Shown here in pieces: positions 16,941 through 24,605 of a stretch of DNA of 25,429 nucleotides; position 1 is the stretch's first letter; the number at the start of each line of letters is the position of its first letter. This stretch comes from Clostridiales bacterium (GTDB taxonomy: Bacteria; Bacillota; Clostridia; Oscillospirales; Oscillospiraceae): NCBI GenBank assembly GCA_022768185.1, contig JALEMS010000015.1, positions 1 through 25,429 on the forward strand, given 5' to 3'. The notes under the pieces were generated by a model, which was given only the letters and a program-made list of their open reading frames with translations, was not told where the DNA came from and ran no database searches. The translations under genes were made by a program, and so were the position numbers.

Positions 16941-18221
16941 ATGCTCAACCTGCCCCCACAGGCCGTCGAGGCACTGCGCGCGCTGGAGGCCGCCGGCTTT
17001 GAGGCCTTTGTCGTCGGCGGCGCGATGCGCGACGGCGTCCGGGGCGTGCAGCCGAAGGACTGGGATCTTGCCACGAATGCCACGCCCGAGCAGGCGGCCG
17101 CCGTCTTCACAGGCCGGCACATCATCGAAACCGGCCTCAGGCACGGCACCGTCACCGTCGTGCTCGATCATATGCCGCTGGAGATCACGACCTATCGCGG
17201 CGACGCGCCGACCCTGCAGGCCGACCTGGCCCGCCGGGACTTCACCTTCAACGCCATGGCCTATCATCCCCGCACCGGCCTGCTCGACCCCATGGGAGGC
17301 CGGGCCGATCTGGCGCGGGGGCTTGTCCGCTGCGTCGGCGAGGCCGACCGCCGCTTTGCGGAGGACGGGCTGCGTATTCTGCGCGCGCTGCGCTTTGCCG
17401 CCGTGCTGGGCCTGCGCGTGGAGGACAAAACGGCCGCCGCCATGCGCCGGAACCTGCCGCTGCTGCCGCAGGCCGCGCCCGAACGCATCCGCGCCGAGCT
17501 GACCGGACTGCTGTGCGGCCGGGACGCGGGCCGGGTGCTGGCGGAGAACGCAGACATTGCAGCCGCCGTGCTGCCGGAGCTGGCCCCGCTTTTCGGCTTT
17601 GCGCAGCACAACGCGCACCACGACCGGGACGTCTGGCAGCACACGCTCGCCGTCGTCGACGCAGCCGCGCCCGAGCCGGTGCTGCGATGGGCCGCGCTGC
17701 TGCACGACCTCGGAAAGCCCGCCTGCTTCTCGCTTGGCCCGGACGGCGCCGGCCACTTTTACGGGCATGCCGAACTCAGCGCGAAGCTGGCCGGAGCCAT
17801 CCTCACGCGTCTGCATTCCGACACCGCCGGACGCGCGCAGATTGTCGCGCTCGTCCGCTGGCACGATGTGCCCATCGTGCCGGAGCGGCGGGCCATGCGC
17901 CGCCTGCTGCGCCGTCTGGGCGAGGACACGGTGCGCCGTCTTCTGGCGCTGCGCATCGCTGACACGCGCGGGCAGGCCCCCGCCTGTCAGGGCCGGCTCG
18001 AAACGCTCCGGCAGGCCGGGGCCGTCGTCGACACGCTGGTGGCCGAGGCCGCCTGCTTTTCGCGGAAGGATCTGGCCGTGACCGGGCGCGATCTGCTCCC
18101 GCTCGGCCTGACCGGGCATGAGATCGGCGCGGCGCTTGAGCGCTGCCTCACCGCCGTGGTGGAAGAGGCCGTGCCGAACGAACGCGCGGCGCTGCTGGAC
18201 TATGTGCGCCGCGGCGGCTGA
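16941..18221 (+). CDS. cca: CCA-adding enzyme / tRNA nucleotidyltransferase, with PolyA-polymerase-type head and HD domain
   Basis: GGAMRD, RDFTFNAMA and EDGLRILRALRFAA motifs, plus the HD motif LHDLGKP. GGAGGA lies 7 nt upstream of ATG 16941. The track start at 16917 is TTG without an RBS. There is no terminator between rtcB and cca. Confidence 0.85.
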   Translation: MLNLPPQAVEALRALEAAGFEAFVVGGAMRDGVRGVQPKDWDLATNATPEQAAAVFTGRHIIETGLRHGTVTVVLDHMPLEITTYRGDAPTLQADLARRDFTFNAMAYHPRTGLLDPMGGRADLARGLVRCVGEADRRFAEDGLRILRALRFAAVLGLRVEDKTAAAMRRNLPLLPQAAPERIRAELTGLLCGRDAGRVLAENADIAAAVLPELAPLFGFAQHNAHHDRDVWQHTLAVVDAAAPEPVLRWAALLHDLGKPACFSLGPDGAGHFYGHAELSAKLAGAILTRLHSDTAGRAQIVALVRWHDVPIVPERRAMRRLLRRLGEDTVRRLLALRIADTRGQAPACQGRLETLRQAGAVVDTLVAEAACFSRKDLAVTGRDLLPLGLTGHEIGAALERCLTAVVEEAVPNERAALLDYVRRGG

Positions 18222-18447
18222 AGGCCCGTATCACGTCGGGAGGACCCGTCGCGCAGTTTTACCGCTTCGGAAACCGGCGCAGGCCGGGCGGGAACCGAGC
18301 GCAGGCCGCGTCCGCACCCCCTGCGTCATAACCGACCGCCCCGCCGCTTCCCCTTCGTCCGGGCGCCGGGCTGCCTGCGCCTCAATGACGGCAGCCGCTT
18401 TCTCACCGGCCGCATCGACAAGATCCGCCGCGCAGCAGCCCGGCGGG

Positions 18448-18486
18448 AAAAGGCGCTTCGGTTTTTGACCGAAGCGCCTTTTCTTT
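18448..18486. terminator. Bidirectional intrinsic terminator between the convergent cca and SulP genes
   Basis: 10-bp stem ggcgcttcgg/ccgaagcgcc, flanked by AAAA on the 5' side and TTTTCTTT on the 3' side. Confidence 0.75.
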
Positions 18487-18490
18487 CCGC

Positions 18491-20611
18491 TTATTCCGTT
18501 TTCTGCTGCCGGGCACGCAGCTCGTCGATGTGTGCAGCCGCCTGCGGGTAATGCGCGCGCAGGCGGGCCTCCAGCTCCTCGCGGTGTGCAACCAGATGCG
18601 CCAGCAGCTCCGGATGCTCACGCCGGAGCTGCTCCGTCACACGCGCACGCCGCCGCTCCAGCCGCGCCAGCACCTCATCCTCAGGCAGCTCCATCAGCCC
18701 GGACAGCTCCTGCAGGTGCTGCTCCAGCCGCGCCAGCAGCGCGTCGCGGTCGATCTCGCCGCGCCAGTGTATGCTGTGCAGCAGCGTCTCCAGCGCGTCG
18801 CCGCGGCGGGCCTGCTCGGTGTGCGCCAGCGTGTTCAGCAGCTCCCCGGCCAGCGCCTCCATGCGCTGCTCGGCGTCCTCACCGTAGGCCCATTCAAATT
18901 CCTGCCGCTGGCGCAGCAGCTCGGCGGCCCGGCTGCGCAGCGCCTCGGGCAGCATCTGCTCGTCGGCTGCGCCGCAGTCGAGCAGCGCGCCGTACAGCGT
19001 GCGGCGCACCGCTCCCTCGTCGATCAGCTCGCCCGCGCCGAAGCGGCGCAGCTCGTCGTTGACCTGTCCGATGTGCTCGGTGAGGTAGAAGCGGACGCCG
19101 CGCCCCTTCAGCTTCCGGTAAAGCAGCAGCAGCCGGTCGCAGGCCGAGATATCCACGCCCACAATGCCGCTGGCGTCAACGATCACGGCACGGGTGTCCG
19201 GCCCGACGCTGCGCTCAATGTCCTGCTGAAACAGCGTGATGTTGGCGAAAAACAGGCTGCCGCTGAATCGGTAGAGCACCACGCCGTCGATGGCATGCGC
19301 CTCGCTCATCCGATCGATGGGATACACGCCGGGCCGCCCGCTGATGACGCCGAGGAAGTCCCGCTGCGGCTGCGAGGCGCGCTGAATCACGTCGGCAAAG
19401 GACAGCAGCGCGCCGATGATGACGCCGTGGATCGTCCCCAGCACCAGCACGCCGAGAAACGCCGCCATGAAAATGGCAAACTCCCGCCGATTGGCACGCA
19501 GCAGCCGGCGCGCTACGTCAAACTCCACCGCGCCCAGCAGTGCGGAAATGACGATGGCCGTCAGAACCGGCACCGGCAAAAACCGGATGAATCCCGTGAA
19601 AAACAGCAGCACCGCCGCCATCAAAGCCGCCGCGACCACCGACACCAGCTGTGTCCGGCCCCGGAACTGCTCGTTCATCGACGAGCGGGAGACGCTGCCG
19701 TTGACCGGGCAGCAGCCGACCAGGCAGGCGGCAAGATTTGCCAGCGAGAAGGTGAGAATCTCGCGATTGTCGCTGAGCGCAACGTCGTGCCGCATGGCGA
19801 AGCTGCTCTCAGCCAGCAGCGTTTCGGCCATGATGACCACCGCGATGGACAGACTTGACCCCAGTCCCTGCACCGGCGAGAGCGCGCGCAGATCCGGCAG
19901 GCGCAGCGCCGGCAGGCCCGGCTCGACCGCCGCCAGGCACGCCACGCCGCGCTCTGCCAGATGGAACCCGGCCGACGCCGCCGCGCCCACCGCCATCATA
20001 ACGATCGCCATCGGGAACTTCGGCAGCAGCTTTTTGCCTGTCAGCAGAATGGCCAGCGCAGCCAGTCCCAGCGCCAGAGACAGCGGATGCACGCTGCGGC
20101 AGGCGGAAAGCAGATGCTCCGCCAGCTCAAACAGTTCTCCCGTTCCGGCCGTTCCGCCCATCAGCTTGGGCAGCTGCATCAGAATGATCGTGCAGCAGAT
20201 GCCGCTGATGAAGCCGCCCATCACCGGCGCAGAAATGTAGTTGAGCGTCTTACCGGCACGCAGCAGCGAAAACGCCAGCAGCCACACGCCCGTGTAAAAC
20301 GTCAGCACCGGCACCAGACGCTGCGCCTCGGGCGAGCCGAGCGTCACGCCCATTCCGGCCAGCACGCTGCCGACCATCGCTGCCGGCGCGGCGTCCACGC
20401 CGAACATGAACTGCGGGGACGTGGAAAACAGCGCAAACACCAAAACCGGCAGCACCGAGCCGTACAGCCCGTACACCGCCGGCAGGCCCGCAATCTGTGC
20501 ATAGCCCATGGAAATGGGGATGGACACCGCCGCAATGACGATGCCGGAAAGCAGATCGCCCCGCAGCCATTCTCGCCGGTAGCCGGACATGGTTTTCAAA
20601 ATGTGTTTCAT
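18491..20611 (-). CDS. SulP-family (SLC26-like) anion transporter with a STAS domain, plus an unusual Arg/Glu-rich helical C-terminal extension of about 150 aa
   Basis: MKHILKTMSGYRREWLRGDLLSGIVIAAVSIPISMGYAQIAGLP is a typical SulP N-terminus. STAS: VLYRFSGSLFFANI…VIVDASGIVGVD. GGAGAA lies ahead of ATG 20611. The track ORF from 20794 extends into a region with no RBS. Confidence 0.8.
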   Translation of the reverse strand: MKHILKTMSGYRREWLRGDLLSGIVIAAVSIPISMGYAQIAGLPAVYGLYGSVLPVLVFALFSTSPQFMFGVDAAPAAMVGSVLAGMGVTLGSPEAQRLVPVLTFYTGVWLLAFSLLRAGKTLNYISAPVMGGFISGICCTIILMQLPKLMGGTAGTGELFELAEHLLSACRSVHPLSLALGLAALAILLTGKKLLPKFPMAIVMMAVGAAASAGFHLAERGVACLAAVEPGLPALRLPDLRALSPVQGLGSSLSIAVVIMAETLLAESSFAMRHDVALSDNREILTFSLANLAACLVGCCPVNGSVSRSSMNEQFRGRTQLVSVVAAALMAAVLLFFTGFIRFLPVPVLTAIVISALLGAVEFDVARRLLRANRREFAIFMAAFLGVLVLGTIHGVIIGALLSFADVIQRASQPQRDFLGVISGRPGVYPIDRMSEAHAIDGVVLYRFSGSLFFANITLFQQDIERSVGPDTRAVIVDASGIVGVDISACDRLLLLYRKLKGRGVRFYLTEHIGQVNDELRRFGAGELIDEGAVRRTLYGALLDCGAADEQMLPEALRSRAAELLRQRQEFEWAYGEDAEQRMEALAGELLNTLAHTEQARRGDALETLLHSIHWRGEIDRDALLARLEQHLQELSGLMELPEDEVLARLERRRARVTEQLRREHPELLAHLVAHREELEARLRAHYPQAAAHIDELRARQQKTE

Positions 20612-20650
20612 GCAGTTCTCCGTCCGATAAAAATTGTGCTCTGTCTGTTT

Positions 20651-20679
20651 AATATAGCACAAAACGATCGGTCTGCCAA
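20651..20679 (-). promoter_or_regulatory. Sigma-A-type promoter for the SulP gene
   Basis: The minus strand reads TTGGCA, a 17-nt spacer, then TGcTATATT (extended -10). Confidence 0.5.
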
Positions 20680-20712
20680 CCCGGGCGGCCTCCGGTTCTC
20701 CCTGAAAGCGGC

Positions 20713-20750
20713 AAACAGGCCTGCCGCAAGCTTGCTGCAGGCCTGTTTTG
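20713..20750. terminator. Palindromic intrinsic terminator, A-tract / stem / T-tract
   Basis: caggcctgc-cgcaagcttgct-gcaggcctg followed by TTTTG. It probably ends a minus-strand transcript from the small ORF at 20919-21086. Confidence 0.55.
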
Positions 20751-20918
20751 TGCTGTTGCGGTGATATATGTGTCCGGATCGGGCGCGCAGGCATCTTCCC
20801 CTTTTGACGATTTCCCCTTCAATTGTGCGAAGATGCGCAGGGCCTTGGGCATTGATAAGCCGGCCCGAAAACGAGTTCCCGGCCGAAGCGGTGCGCGTTC
20901 CGCGCTGTTTGATCCGGA

Positions 20919-21086
20919 TCACGGATGATTCCGACTGCAAATACTCCTTTGTGTTGCAATCGTAAGCAGGGTATCTCCAAGCTGCGTCAGCGCAGCGCCC
21001 AGCAGATTGATCTCATCCTCGGTCAGCTTACAGGCAAGCGCATTGGCAACGGCAGTGATGGAAGCTGTCAATTCACATGAATTCAC
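20919..21086 (-). CDS. Unannotated small ORF, 55 aa (MNSCELTASITAVANALACKLTEDEINLLGAALTQLGDTLLTIATQRSICSRNHP). Hypothetical helical protein.
   Basis: GTG start with GGAGG 11 nt upstream. Good codon usage. The six-frame track cannot show an ORF of this length. No family assignment is possible by eye. Confidence 0.35.
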   Translation of the reverse strand: MNSCELTASITAVANALACKLTEDEINLLGAALTQLGDTLLTIATQRSICSRNHP

Positions 21087-21175
21087 AAAACAAGCACCTC
21101 CACACTATTATATGAACACAGGTCCGGAGCGTGTATGCGCCTTGTTCTGCCGGCCACGATCAGAAAATCGGCAGA

Positions 21176-21862
21176 TCAATTTTTGTCGCGGCTCTGTTCA
21201 TAGAGAACGAATTTCAGATTTCGGTCGCAGACCGCCAGAAAAACGTCCTTCGCAGAGCTGATGTGGCGCTGCTTCAGCTGCTTGTCCAGCCAGGTCAAAT
21301 CCAGTCCCATGCGCTTCAGGTTGTCCTCCAGGATCCGGCCGTCCATAATCAATTCCGTGAACAGCAATTCCTGCTCGGGGGCCAGATTCAGGTCGTTCGG
21401 CGTAGCCGGCCGTTGACTGCTTACCGGAAGAATCGTAAGCTTCCCATTGTACTCGAAAATGGCCGTTTGTATGCTCGTCAGGTCAAAATAGCCCTGCTGT
21501 CTGCACATGACCATAAATTCACTGAGATCCAGCTTGGCCTTTTTCATATTTTCACGGTACAGCTTTCCGTGATCCATGAGGATGGTCGGTGTGCCATTGA
21601 GATACTTGCGCGATCTCGGCGCTTTATTGGAAATGACACTCAGCAGCAGCGTAATTGCGCCGTAGATCACCATGGCGGTAAGCGGTTTCCAGGGCTGCTC
21701 CAGTTCTGTAGCCATTTCAGCTGCGATCGAACCGATGGTGATCCCGGTGATATAATCGAAAAAATCCAGCTGAGCGATTTGCTTGTGCCCGACAAATTTG
21801 GCCACGATGAACAATACGACAAACGACCCCAATGTGGTCAGGCAAAGTATCAAAAAACTCAT
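21176..21862 (-). CDS. DUF421 (YetF-like) membrane protein
   Basis: Two N-terminal TM helices, then a soluble domain matching the YetF/YdfS/YkjA pattern. AAGGGGAG lies 6 nt upstream of ATG 21862. An alternative start is at 21868. Confidence 0.65.
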   Translation of the reverse strand: MSFLILCLTTLGSFVVLFIVAKFVGHKQIAQLDFFDYITGITIGSIAAEMATELEQPWKPLTAMVIYGAITLLLSVISNKAPRSRKYLNGTPTILMDHGKLYRENMKKAKLDLSEFMVMCRQQGYFDLTSIQTAIFEYNGKLTILPVSSQRPATPNDLNLAPEQELLFTELIMDGRILEDNLKRMGLDLTWLDKQLKQRHISSAKDVFLAVCDRNLKFVLYEQSRDKN

Positions 21863-22000
21863 ATGCATCTCCCCTTTCTCTCTATTCTGACCGGAAACCG
21901 GGCAAGCATTCACGCCCGACCGCACCGATTCCAAAAAAACGGTTCACCGGAATGCAGCGGGTTTCATAATGTGGATCAGGTACAGAAAGGAGTGTATCAC

Positions 22001-22441
22001 ATGGAATCTGATTTCCCTGTCCGGGATCGCTGCAGCCATTGTAAAACCGATCACGGCCCCAGGCCGTTTGTTGCCGGGATCACGCAGCTGGCTCAGCAGA
22101 ACCGGAATTTTCGCACAGCTATTTGGACAGGATGTCACTTGCAGATGACTCTCATGAGTATCCCCCTCTGTGGTGAAATAGGTTGGGAGATGCATCCGGA
22201 CACAGATCAGCTGATCCGTGTAGAAGCAGGAAAAGCAACGCTCCGCATGGGAGCTTGTAAGGAAAAGCCGGACGTCACGCGGCAGCTCGGCACCGGAGAC
22301 GCCGTCTTTGTGCCGGGCGGCACATGGCACCAGGTTGTCAACAGCGGGAACGGCCCGCTGAAGCTTTCGTCTGTCTATGCGCCGCCCCAGCATCCCAGAG
22401 GAACCATCCATTGCACAAAAGATGATGAAGCGCATGGATGA
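22001..22441 (+). CDS. Cupin-domain protein, about 146 aa
   Basis: Cupin motifs: GEIGWEMHPDTDQLIRVEAG and GDAVFVPGGTWHQVVNSGNGPL. AAAGGAG lies 9 nt upstream of ATG 22001. The long track ORF from 21131 is antisense to the DUF421 gene. Confidence 0.65.
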   Translation: MESDFPVRDRCSHCKTDHGPRPFVAGITQLAQQNRNFRTAIWTGCHLQMTLMSIPLCGEIGWEMHPDTDQLIRVEAGKATLRMGACKEKPDVTRQLGTGDAVFVPGGTWHQVVNSGNGPLKLSSVYAPPQHPRGTIHCTKDDEAHG

Positions 22442-22538
22442 TCTCTGAAAAACATACCGGCGTATCCCCCGGCCGCTCTCCGGCATAGTATGGTCTGAGT
22501 CCCCCTGAAAATAACGGGACTCAGAGAGGAAGACTCCT

Positions 22539-23912
22539 ATGGGAATAACCAATTCCAATAAGGAACTGAGCGCCGCACGCATTGAATGCGGCGGCACTTT
22601 TCAGGTAACGCTGTCTTTAACGGCAGCGCCTGACATTGTGACAAACCCAACCGATATCGTGCTGATTCTCGACCGATCGGGGAGCATGGCGGGCAGTGCG
22701 CTGGCAAATCTGAAGAACGGCGCCAAGGCATTCATCGACATCATTGACGAGGCCACGGACGGCACACAGGACGGGCAAATCGGATCGGGAAGCCGCATCG
22801 CCATCGTCAGCTTCGCAAGTACGGCGACCAAGGACACGCAGCTGATCACCTCGGTCGCCGATTTGAAGTCTGCGGTGGACGCCCTGGCCGCCAGCGGCAG
22901 CACCAACCACGCAGACGCCTTTACCAAAGCATCCGAGCTGCTGGCAGCCCCCTCCACCAACGCCCGTGTCATGGTGATGTTCACCGATGGTCAGACGACC
23001 GCGGGCCCCGATCCCAGCCCCATTGCTGCCGCGGCCAGAGCGGCCGGCGTCATCATCTATGCCATCGGATTATCCGGCCGCGGCGGCGTGGACGTTTCCG
23101 CGCTGGAAGACTGGGCCTCCAAGCCTTCATCCGCCTATGTGGCAATTACGCCGGATGACGCGGAACTGGAGGAACTGTTTAAGGACCTGGCCAGAAACAT
23201 TGCAAAGCCCGGCGCGACCAACATTGTGATCGCCGATCAGGTGTCCGACTGCTTCCGGATCACCTCCGTTTCCATGCCCACAAAGGGTACAGCCAGCCTG
23301 CTGGACGCCAGCACAGTGCAGTGGAAGATTGACGAGTTGGGCACGACCCAAAGCGAGGCCGCAGTGCTGGAATTCACGGTTGAGCATATCGGCCCCTGTT
23401 CCGGAACCATCGAGGTAAATGAGTCTATCACCTACGATGACACGGAAGGCAATGTCGTGAGCTTCCCTTCCCCTGAGCTGGAGGTAGACTGCGATATCAT
23501 CGTCCTGCCGGAGCTTTGCCCGGAACCTGTTGACCTTACGGTGAACGGCTGTGAGGATACGCTGGAATTTGATGCCGGCGACCTTGGGATGGAATCCCTC
23601 GGCCGCATCGTTCAGTTGAGCGTCACGCTCCAAAAGGTCTGTCCCAACCGGCGGGTTGCTTTGGCGGCCATTCTGACCGAGGTGGATGACCGTGGCCTTG
23701 AATACAGGCGCGGTATGAAAACCATGGTGATTCCGGCCCACACGAAGGAGGCGTGCCAGGATGTGACGGTCCGGTGCATCAAGTTTGTTCTTCCGGAAAG
23801 TCTGGATGTCTCCGGCTCAGCAGGCTCCATCTGCAATGCCCGGAATTTCAAGGCACGCTTTGTTGCGCACTATATCGACAACGACTTTGCGTGCTGCAAC
23901 ACGGTACTGTAA
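22539..23912 (+). CDS. von Willebrand factor A domain protein with a C-terminal DUF11-like beta domain and a Cys-rich tail. No signal peptide is detected.
   Basis: MIDAS motif LILDRSGSMAG, plus the vWA pattern IAIVSFASTAT…MVMFTDGQT. DUF11-like: ATNIVIADQVSDCFRITSV…VLEFTVEH. GAGGAAG lies upstream of ATG 22539. Confidence 0.7.
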   Translation: MGITNSNKELSAARIECGGTFQVTLSLTAAPDIVTNPTDIVLILDRSGSMAGSALANLKNGAKAFIDIIDEATDGTQDGQIGSGSRIAIVSFASTATKDTQLITSVADLKSAVDALAASGSTNHADAFTKASELLAAPSTNARVMVMFTDGQTTAGPDPSPIAAAARAAGVIIYAIGLSGRGGVDVSALEDWASKPSSAYVAITPDDAELEELFKDLARNIAKPGATNIVIADQVSDCFRITSVSMPTKGTASLLDASTVQWKIDELGTTQSEAAVLEFTVEHIGPCSGTIEVNESITYDDTEGNVVSFPSPELEVDCDIIVLPELCPEPVDLTVNGCEDTLEFDAGDLGMESLGRIVQLSVTLQKVCPNRRVALAAILTEVDDRGLEYRRGMKTMVIPAHTKEACQDVTVRCIKFVLPESLDVSGSAGSICNARNFKARFVAHYIDNDFACCNTVL

Positions 23913-24298
23913 TAATAACAGTCCCACCGGATGCCGTTTTTCGCGGTATCCGGATACATAGTTGTTTCCCAAAGCCGGGACGGAAGCCTGCACAGCCAGG
24001 CGAGACCATCGACGGCGTTTTCCGCTGCACAAGCCGAAAGGGCGTCTCCCGTCTACCTTCCATCCATCCGGTATCAGCATGAGGGAATTGGAGGGCACGT
24101 ATGAAAAACAGCATGGGCAGGATATCGGAAGCTGTGATCGCTCTCCCGCAACAAATGCAGGCGCGCAAACGGCCTGTGACGGGGGACAGGCTGTCGTGAC
24201 CGAGCTCAACTTCCAATACGATGGCAGGGTCTCATGGCCGGAAAGGTACGGCACCGCCAACCCGGATATTGTCGACATCGCCGCATAAGGCAAAAGCC

Positions 24299-24330
24299 TC
24301 ACTTCCGAAGAAGTGAGGCTTTCGCTCACA
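24299..24330. terminator. Bidirectional hairpin terminator
   Basis: 11-bp stem agcctcacttc/gaagtgaggct with loop cgaa, flanked by A and T runs. Confidence 0.5.
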
Positions 24331-24341
24331 CGCTCTTTGTG

Positions 24342-24380
24342 ATGGCGGAGATAAGCGGGATCGAACCGCCGACCTCTTGC
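24342..24380 (-). other. tRNA 3'-end fragment on the minus strand. It comprises a T-arm (ggcgg-TTCGATC-ccgct), the acceptor 3' strand tatctcc, discriminator G and an encoded CCA. No matching 5' half is found.
   Basis: The revcomp of 24342-24369 reads ggcggttcgatcccgcttatctccgcca. No GGAGATA-like 5' acceptor strand occurs within 130 nt upstream on that strand. The acceptor end resembles tRNA-Ser type (discriminator G). Confidence 0.4.
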
Positions 24381-24605
24381 GTGCCGTTCAAGCGCGCTCC
24401 CGAGTCCGCCGGCTACACAGCCTGTAAAACAGGGCCGGGCGGCGTGCTTCAATCTGGCGAAATGAATTCGGCGGGGCACATTCCAAAAACGGTTGGCCGA
24501 ATTCGATCCCGGTAAGAGATCAAACCCAGCGGATCATGCGGCAATTTCCGGGACAGGGGATGCGGTACAAATGGGAGCATCGCGCTTGTATGCCGGCATT
24601 CGCTT

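Noticed and set aside
18530-19858. 442-aa plus-strand ORF and other plus-strand ORFs over 18532-20764
   Set aside because: These are antisense to the SulP transporter gene. The translations are Arg/Gln/His-rich low-complexity sequence.
20608-20940. 110-aa minus-strand ORF upstream of SulP
   Set aside because: It overlaps the SulP promoter and a terminator. It has no RBS and an Arg-rich, atypical composition. The adjacent 55-aa ORF with an RBS is the better candidate.
23817-24479. 220-aa minus-strand ORF
   Set aside because: It overlaps the vWA gene 3' end, the hairpin terminator and the tRNA-like fragment. It has no RBS and is implausible.
24342-24605. tmRNA (ssrA) on the minus strand
   Set aside because: The 3' end (…tatctccgCCA) resembles a tmRNA/tRNA acceptor end. 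Only about 264 nt are available before the next CDS, with no GGGG…GGATTCGAC 5' domain. The only small in-frame peptide (…PEIAA*) lacks a typical tag sequence.
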